Below are positions 57,742 to 64,000 of a stretch of DNA of 64,000 nt, in pieces. The stretch lies in contig CAVQEQ010000003.1 of assembly GCA_963711565.1 (NCBI GenBank), forward strand, positions 256,001 to 320,000, given 5' to 3'. Both the position numbers and the translations under genes were made by a program. Source of the stretch: an uncultured delta proteobacterium. Its GTDB lineage: Bacteria > Desulfobacterota > Binatia > Binatales > Binataceae. How positions within the stretch are numbered: position 1 is the first letter of the stretch; each line of letters opens with the position of its first letter. The notes beneath the pieces were generated by a model. The model had not been told where the DNA came from, did no database searches, and saw only the letters and a program-made list of their open reading frames with translations.

Positions 57742-57840
57742 GGTCACCCCTGCCCAGGGAAGTGTGAAACCCACGGCGGGTTTCGCATTCAATAAAGTGA
57801 TTTGCCCTTTCCCATTCGCCGTTTGACAGTTTATCTCGAT

Positions 57841-57926
57841 CGCATGATGGCCGATCTCGACGGCCGCTACCCCGGCTACGGCTTCGCCCAGCACAAAGGC
57901 TACTGCACGCAAACGAGCACATGCAG
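57841..57926 (+). pseudogene. Diverged duplicate of an internal 3' segment of rnhB (55931-56014)
   Basis: 6 substitutions and a 2-nt insertion relative to the rnhB copy. Confidence 0.85.
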
Positions 57927-57983
57927 GGGCCGTCCTGGTGTCGCGCATTGAAACGGTCCCGGGTTTTTCCGCCTCGCTCCATC

Positions 57984-60092
57984 CTAGAACCCGCGCGATG
58001 GACCGATCTGCGGTGAGCGCACCGGCTTGGCCATGCCGTAGAACACAATCATGCCTTGGCCCCCACAGCGGGTCGAAAGACCCTCATCCGGCTTGCCATA
58101 GCAGGAAGCGGGATCCTGCCAGTTGTTAGAGACCCAGACGTTACCGGCCGGGTCAATGGAGGCGTCTACGAGCAACTGCATGCCACCGCCCTTGTAGCCA
58201 CCGGGCGGGGAAATAGGGTCGCCCGTTTTCATGCCGGGTGGACACGTCTCAGTCCTTGCACCACACAATTCAGTGAGCCCTCCTCCAGGCACAAAGTTTG
58301 ACACCCAGGCATGGTCGTTGCCGTCGATCGACACCGCCCAGGCGCCCCAGATGCTGCCGGGATTGAATGGCGATCCCGGCGCCGGAGTGCCGTCGGGTCG
58401 CAGCATCGACACGCTACCTAAGCCTGGATGGGACAGCAGGTCTTTGAGCGCGACCTGATCAATCCCAGAGGCCGTGCCGCCGGTCATCTTGAGTTCGAGG
58501 AGATGCAACTTGGTTTTCAGCGTTAACCCCGCACCCACCGTGTTGGCGATCCAGACGTTGCCCTTGCTGTCGACGGCCATACCCTTACCGCTGCCACCCC
58601 CGGTCTTGAAGACCTCGACCCTGCCTGGATCAGCCGCCGGAAAGCGTGTCACCGTGTCACCGATAGCGTTGGAAATCCAAATCCGGTCCTGCTGGTCGAT
58701 CGCAAGACCAAACGGGCCGCTTAGCTTGCAGGGACTATCCTTGTTCGGCTTACCGTTGGTGGACTCGCAATAGAACTTCGCCTTGGTCGGATCCCCCTGC
58801 GGCATGTACACGACCTTGTCGTTGGTGAAGTCGAGCGCCCAGACGTCGCCACTCGGCGTGACGATGATGCCCTGCATGAAACCGAGCTTGCCGCCGAAGT
58901 TGTAGCCCTCCGGCGGAGACAGCGGTTTACCGTTGTGGTCGAAGAGCGAGATAGTCTTGCCGCTGGTGCTGTCAAACCACACTCGATCGTTGGCATCGAT
59001 TGCCGAGCCGAACCCCGGACCCTGGAGGCCGCCGCCGGCAAATCCTGTCGTCATCGGCGAGAGCGGCTGGCCGTTCGGGGCGAACTCCGCCATGTTGCCA
59101 TCCCACAAGGCGTCGTGCCCCTGCGAGCCAACGATGAAATTGGCGCCGCTCCACGCGTTGCCCTGGCTGTCGAACATCACCTTGGCGCCACCGGCGTAAC
59201 CACCGCCGGCGAACTTGAGCGGCAGTACCCATGCGCTGGGTGCAAAGCTCAGATAGGGCATGAACGGAGTTGAGCGCAATCCTCGTGGTTTCATTGGATA
59301 GAACTTATCGAGGAGCGCGAAGATGCGCCCAGGCTTGTAGGCCATATTGTGTGCAATTGATATCGCCGCGGTGAGTGTGTCGGTGGGTTCCTTGCCGTCG
59401 CGGCCCACGGCGGCGACATACAGGCTCTTGCATGCGTCTTGCGTCACGTTCGTAATGCAGCCGGCGAGGACGTTCGACAAGGTACCGAAGTTGGCCATAG
59501 TCGGCGTCTCAGTGCTGTTGAAGCCGTCCTGAATCATTTCGCCGTAGCCGCCGGTCGCGAGATCGACGAAATTGGGCACGTTGCCGGCGGCGATGCGGAG
59601 ACCGAGCGGGTTGCCTTCGATCGTAGTGCCGTCGAGGAACTGCGTGTTGGTCCATACCGACGCTACCGTCGTGAACTCGTTGATGACGACGTGTGCCGGC
59701 GGTTTGCTGCCGATGACGGCGAGGAGCGCGATCGCCGGGTTGTCTCCGCTGCCGCTGCGGGCAGTCGACTCGCCACCTTTCGCAACCAGGTAGAGGATAC
59801 TGTCTTCACTGCCCGAACCGCCGACGCTCAGTGTAAACCGCCCGTCATCGCCAGTTTGGGTCTGCGCAAGCTGCCTGGGCGCGTCTGCACTCGCCGCCCA
59901 AAGCGTCACCGTGGATTTGGCTATCGGGGCACCTGCGCCAAGCACCTGACCCTCAACGCTCTCGGCGGCGCTAACTGCACCGGCTAACGGGAGTGAAAAA
60001 ATGACAACAGCCACGAATAGCATCGGCCATGCCCATTCGCGATCGAATACATTCAACGTACGTACAAGGCGTCTGTTTCTCCAACTTGGCAT
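57984..60092 (-). CDS. Secreted NHL-repeat / beta-propeller protein
   Basis: Signal-like segment; repeated AID..G..W..N blades. Confidence 0.85.
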   Translation of the reverse strand: MPSWRNRRLVRTLNVFDREWAWPMLFVAVVIFSLPLAGAVSAAESVEGQVLGAGAPIAKSTVTLWAASADAPRQLAQTQTGDDGRFTLSVGGSGSEDSILYLVAKGGESTARSGSGDNPAIALLAVIGSKPPAHVVINEFTTVASVWTNTQFLDGTTIEGNPLGLRIAAGNVPNFVDLATGGYGEMIQDGFNSTETPTMANFGTLSNVLAGCITNVTQDACKSLYVAAVGRDGKEPTDTLTAAISIAHNMAYKPGRIFALLDKFYPMKPRGLRSTPFMPYLSFAPSAWVLPLKFAGGGYAGGAKVMFDSQGNAWSGANFIVGSQGHDALWDGNMAEFAPNGQPLSPMTTGFAGGGLQGPGFGSAIDANDRVWFDSTSGKTISLFDHNGKPLSPPEGYNFGGKLGFMQGIIVTPSGDVWALDFTNDKVVYMPQGDPTKAKFYCESTNGKPNKDSPCKLSGPFGLAIDQQDRIWISNAIGDTVTRFPAADPGRVEVFKTGGGSGKGMAVDSKGNVWIANTVGAGLTLKTKLHLLELKMTGGTASGIDQVALKDLLSHPGLGSVSMLRPDGTPAPGSPFNPGSIWGAWAVSIDGNDHAWVSNFVPGGGLTELCGARTETCPPGMKTGDPISPPGGYKGGGMQLLVDASIDPAGNVWVSNNWQDPASCYGKPDEGLSTRCGGQGMIVFYGMAKPVRSPQIGPSRGF

Positions 60093-60288
60093 TTGGAATG
60101 CTTCTCCTTAGATCCGGGGACTTCGTCAAACTGATGTTCGTAGTTTCAATGATCTTCGATCGGAAAAGTATTGTACTTTGGTGCAATACTCCCGGATCCC
60201 TCTCGCCGTTTGACAGTTCGCCTCTGTCGCGCTATGAGGTTGAGTTCAGAATATGAATCTTCATTCAGTGCGAGGGAATTCGTAGCCG

Positions 60289-61083
60289 ATGAGCGTGCAG
60301 GAACGGCATCGGCGGGAGCGGCGTGCGCGGGGACAGGCTATCCTCGGTGCGGCGGCCAAGGTTTTCGCCCGGCATGGGCTCGAAGGCGCGACGATCGAGA
60401 TGGTTGCGCGCGAGGCCGAGGTGGCCGTCGGCACGATCTACCTCTACTACTCTTCGCGCGACGATCTTTACCTGAATCTTATCGCGGACCGCGCCGAGCA
60501 GCTTCGTGCGCGATACGTCGGAATCTTCGCGCGGCGGCTCGAACCGCTGGATGAGCTTAAGGCGATCGCATCTGCCTACCTGGACCATCTGCTCGAATCG
60601 CGCGAGATCTCCCTGTCACAGCATTCGGTGGTTTTCTCGCAGCTTCAGAAGCGGCTCAAGCGACATTCGGAGTTGAAAAATTTTCAGCGGCTGGTGGACT
60701 TGAGTCACGAAATTTTCGGACTGTGGGAAGGCACTATCAGGCGCGCGTTCGAAGGCGGCGTGATCGCCAATTCGATGGGGCCGAAGAAGACCGCGGCAGT
60801 GGTGTGGGCGAGCATGAACGGCGCGTTCATGCTGATGGGCGACGGGAATTTCTTCCGCAACGTCACCGGGCTCAACCCGGAGCATTTCGTCGATGAGGCG
60901 CTCGAGTCGCATCTGGCGGCGTCGCAGTTGAGCGTACGAAGAAAAGCGAAGAGCAGAATCGTGAATCGCGCGCGAAACAAATCGCGCGCTGGAATAGGAC
61001 CCTCACCCGCGCCGCAGCGGCGCGACCTCTCCCGGTTAGGGAGAGGGGAAGCAGAAGAGGTCGGCGTCCATCCGACCGCGTGA
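60289..61083 (+). CDS. TetR/AcrR family regulator
   Basis: ILGAAAKVFARHGLEGATIEMVAREAEVAVGTIYLYY. Confidence 0.92.
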   Translation: MSVQERHRRERRARGQAILGAAAKVFARHGLEGATIEMVAREAEVAVGTIYLYYSSRDDLYLNLIADRAEQLRARYVGIFARRLEPLDELKAIASAYLDHLLESREISLSQHSVVFSQLQKRLKRHSELKNFQRLVDLSHEIFGLWEGTIRRAFEGGVIANSMGPKKTAAVVWASMNGAFMLMGDGNFFRNVTGLNPEHFVDEALESHLAASQLSVRRKAKSRIVNRARNKSRAGIGPSPAPQRRDLSRLGRGEAEEVGVHPTA

Positions 61084-61123
61084 TCACGGACGAAAGCCGC
61101 ACGAGCGCAAAGGAGAGAGCGTT

Positions 61124-62428
61124 ATGAAATTTACCTGGTTCCATCTGATGCCGTATCGGTTTCTGCCCGAGGACTTCAAGGAGAAGTACCGCAGCGTGTG
61201 GGTCGATATCCCGCGCGACTTGTACGATCCGAAAGTCGGGCATCGCCTCTACAACGACTACCTCGATCAGCTCGAATACGCCGACTCGATGGGCTTCGAC
61301 GGGCTGGGCGTCAACGAGCATCATCAGAATGCGTACGGGTTGATGCCGTCGCCGAATATCATGGCGGCGGCGCTCACGCGGCGGACGCGCAATGCCAACC
61401 TGGTCGTGCTCGGCAACTCGATCGCGCTGTACAATCCGCCGATTCGCGTCGCCGAGGAGTTCGCGATGCTCGACGTTATCTCGGGCGGACGCCTTATCGC
61501 CGGTTTCCCGGTCGGCACCTCGATGGATACCAACTTCTGCTACGGCGAAGTGCCCGCGACGATTCGCGAGAAGTATTACGAGGCTCACGACTTGATCATC
61601 AAGGCGTGGGAAGCCAAGGACGTGTTCTCGTTCAACGGCAAGTTCACCAAGCTGCGTTACGTGAACCTGTGGCCGAAGCCGTTGCAGCAGCCGCATCCGC
61701 CTATTTGGATTCCCGGCGGCGGATCGGTCGAGACCTACGACTTCTGCGCCGACCACAATTACCAGTACAGCTTCCTTTCGTACTTCGGGTATATCGCGGG
61801 CAAGAAAGTTTCCGACGGCTACTGGGAAGTGATGGCGAAGAAGGGCAAGGAGCTGAATCCTTACAGCCTCGGCTTCGCGCAGGTCGTCGCAGTGTCGGAG
61901 ACCGATGAGCAGGCGGAGAAGGATTACGCGCCGCACATGGACTACTTCTATAACCGGTGCTTGCACGTCTATAACGGCTTCGCCGACGCGCCGGGTTATC
62001 GCACGGTGAAGACGATCAAGGCGGGAATGCTCGGCCAGGTCGGCGATCAGGCGGCGATGCGGCGCGAGGGCCTGAAGTGGAAGGACTTCCTCGATCAGGG
62101 CTACGTGATCGCGGGATCGCCCAAGACGGTGCGCGAGCGTCTGCGCGAGGCGATGAAGTCGCTCAACTGCGGGCATCTGATGCTGCTGCAGCAGATCGGA
62201 TCGATGCCGCCGGAACTGGTGCGCAAGAGCACCAGCCTGTTCGCCACCGAGGTCATGCCGTACATGCGCGACCTGTGGACCGGCTTCGAGGACAAGTGGT
62301 CGCCCAAGCGTGACCTGCCGCAAGCCGACTTCGCGAAACCGGCGCCGGTCCATTTCGAGAAGCACGAGACGAACGGCACGGCGCGCGCGAGTGCGTCGGC
62401 CTCGGCGGAGGTTCGGAGCGCGAAATGA
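61124..62428 (+). CDS. LLM-class flavin-dependent monooxygenase
   Basis: GFDGLGVNEHH, PIRVAEEFAMLDVISGGRL, PKPLQQPHPPIW. Confidence 0.92.
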   Translation: MKFTWFHLMPYRFLPEDFKEKYRSVWVDIPRDLYDPKVGHRLYNDYLDQLEYADSMGFDGLGVNEHHQNAYGLMPSPNIMAAALTRRTRNANLVVLGNSIALYNPPIRVAEEFAMLDVISGGRLIAGFPVGTSMDTNFCYGEVPATIREKYYEAHDLIIKAWEAKDVFSFNGKFTKLRYVNLWPKPLQQPHPPIWIPGGGSVETYDFCADHNYQYSFLSYFGYIAGKKVSDGYWEVMAKKGKELNPYSLGFAQVVAVSETDEQAEKDYAPHMDYFYNRCLHVYNGFADAPGYRTVKTIKAGMLGQVGDQAAMRREGLKWKDFLDQGYVIAGSPKTVRERLREAMKSLNCGHLMLLQQIGSMPPELVRKSTSLFATEVMPYMRDLWTGFEDKWSPKRDLPQADFAKPAPVHFEKHETNGTARASASASAEVRSAK

Positions 62429-63210
62429 ACACGACGCAGAAACTTCTCAACGGAAAATTCTCGCTTGAGATGCAGACCTATGGGAGCAGCGGCGAGCCGC
62501 TCCTGTTCATCCACGGCGCGGGCGGCCTGATGCCGGTCGAGCCGTTCCTCGAGGAGCTCGGCAAGACGTTCAAGGTCTATGCGCCGCAATTTCCCGGCTA
62601 CGCCGAATCGACGGGCAACGAGCATATCGACGATATCGGCGACGCGGTCTGCTTCTTCCACGAGCTGATGGACGAACTCGGAATCTCGACCGCGAACATC
62701 GTCGGCCATTCGATGGGCGGAATGCTCGCGGCGGAAGTCGCGGCCTTCGACGTGCATCGCGCAAAGAAGCTCGTGCTGATAGCGCCGGCCGGGTTCTGGA
62801 TCGATGAAGTACCGATACCCGACCTGTTCGCGGCGCAGCTGACCGAGATTGCGCCGCTGCTGTTCCACGATCCCAACTCGCCGGCGGCGCAAATGTTGAC
62901 GGCGATACCGACCGACTTCAAGGCGCTGGAGACGATGTACGTCGAGCGGGTGAAGCGGTTCGCGACGGCCAGCAAATTCCTGTGGCCGATCCCCGACCGC
63001 GGTCTCAAGAAACGCGCGTACCGGATTCAAGCGCCGACACTGCTGCTGTGGGGCGACGACGACAAGCTGATTCCACCGGCCTACGCGAAGGAGTTCACCA
63101 GCCGGATCAAGAACTGCAAGCTGGAGTTGATCAAGAACGCGGGGCACATGGTGATGTACGAGCAGCAGGAGGCGCTGGTCGGCGCGATACGAAATTTTCT
63201 GAAGGGGTAA
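62425..63210 (+). CDS. Alpha/beta hydrolase
   Basis: IHGAG, GHSMGG nucleophile elbow, WGDDD, AGH. Confidence 0.93.
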   Translation: MNTTQKLLNGKFSLEMQTYGSSGEPLLFIHGAGGLMPVEPFLEELGKTFKVYAPQFPGYAESTGNEHIDDIGDAVCFFHELMDELGISTANIVGHSMGGMLAAEVAAFDVHRAKKLVLIAPAGFWIDEVPIPDLFAAQLTEIAPLLFHDPNSPAAQMLTAIPTDFKALETMYVERVKRFATASKFLWPIPDRGLKKRAYRIQAPTLLLWGDDDKLIPPAYAKEFTSRIKNCKLELIKNAGHMVMYEQQEALVGAIRNFLKG

Positions 63211-63336
63211 AAAAACCTCTCCCCTCGCCCCTCTCCCTTCAGGAGAGGGGAACAGAGAGCGCGGCTGGAGCATCGACGCTCCGGCCGTTTTCTTTTTGTC
63301 TTGAATCTGAACGCGCGCGCGACTAGCTTGCGGCGC

Positions 63337-63759
63337 ATGGCAAATGAAAGTGCTCGCCCCTCGCGCGGCGTATTCCTCACCGTGATTACGGTGCTATTCC
63401 TTCTGCTCGCGCTGTCCGATTTCACCAAGGCGCTTCAATTTGTCGGCAATCCCGCGGTCGGCGGCCTTGTCATACTCGGCCACAAGTTCCACGGCGTTGC
63501 GCACAACCTAATACTCGGGCCGATCTTCGGCATCGTGCTTCTCGCCTACGCGTACGGCATCTGGAACCTGCGTGCGTGGATGCTGCCGCTGTCGATCGTG
63601 TACGCGTTCTACGTGCCGGCGAACATGGTCTTGTTCTGGTCGCTGCATCAACTGCCGTCGCCGACCAAGGGCTTCATAGTTATGTATCTGTTTCTTTCGC
63701 TGACCGGTTCCGTCGGCACAGCGATCTATCTTTCGTATCATCGGGAGCGCTTGAGCTGA
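63337..63759 (+). CDS. Integral membrane protein (about 4 TM)
   Basis: Four hydrophobic segments. Confidence 0.75.
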   Translation: MANESARPSRGVFLTVITVLFLLLALSDFTKALQFVGNPAVGGLVILGHKFHGVAHNLILGPIFGIVLLAYAYGIWNLRAWMLPLSIVYAFYVPANMVLFWSLHQLPSPTKGFIVMYLFLSLTGSVGTAIYLSYHRERLS

Positions 63760-63811
63760 CGGTCGCGCGGGAGTTGACGGCGGCGTTGGACAGTTTTAAA
63801 TTGCAACCACT

Positions 63812-64000
63812 ATGAAAATATACGAATTCACTGGAGCTCCGAATCCACGCCGCGTGCGCGTTTTTCTCGCGGAAAAAGGCATCAACGACGTTCCCTCCGT
63901 GCAGGTCAACATCGCGACCGGCGACAATCGCAAACCCGATTTCCTGAAAATCAATCCGATGGGCGGGTTGCCGGTGCTCGAACTTGACGACGGCACGCAT
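63812..64000 (+). CDS. Glutathione S-transferase, N-terminal part (runs off the window)
   Basis: MKIYEFTGAPNPRRVRVFLAEKG...FLKINPMGGLPVLELDDG, read directly from the sequence. Confidence 0.9.
   Translation, partial: MKIYEFTGAPNPRRVRVFLAEKGINDVPSVQVNIATGDNRKPDFLKINPMGGLPVLELDDGTH

Noticed and set aside
1-64000. CRISPR array, rRNA or IS transposase
   Set aside because: No regularly spaced repeat-spacer array, rRNA-like sequence or DDE/HUH transposase ORF was seen by eye

Overview
The window has two parts. (1) Positions 1-~46180 are the right-hand part of a large integrated, plasmid-like mobilisable element that is also a defence island; its left end lies outside the window. Its backbone has ParA/ParG partition, a serine recombinase + y4cF-like pair, a MOBQ relaxase with a clear oriT, three MobS-like paralogues, a VirD4-like coupling protein, an HTH Rep, DUF736 and an orphan DNA methyltransferase. 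Its defence cargo includes an 1841-aa metallophosphoesterase-NACHT protein, an AbiE-type type IV TA, a bacterial ISG15-like ubiquitination operon (BilABCD-like) followed by RmuC, a type IIG R-M enzyme, a TIGR02391-like protein and a HigBA-like TA. The tyrosine integrase sits next to a truncated 5' half of an intron-less tRNA-Leu(UAA). The element carries its own complete tRNA-Leu(UAA), interrupted by a group I intron exactly at the inferred attachment core. (2) Positions ~46220-64000 look like ordinary GC-rich host chromosome (GFA, sulfatase, RNase II, RNase HII, LLM oxidoreductases, TetR, hydrolase, GST), with a small mqsRA islet bounded by a duplicated rnhB segment. The best candidate for an undescribed system is a three-gene module directly upstream of the Bil operon: an ECF-like sigma factor, a putative anti-sigma/HTH protein, and an IrrE-peptidase-UvrD-helicase-degenerate nuclease fusion. 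A bipartite motif TTTCCGG-N15/16-CGATTA occurs once before the sigma gene and three times in tandem before bilA. This suggests a dedicated DNA-sensing proteolytic switch that induces ubiquitin-like anti-phage defence. All family assignments were made by eye from motifs; no searches were run.
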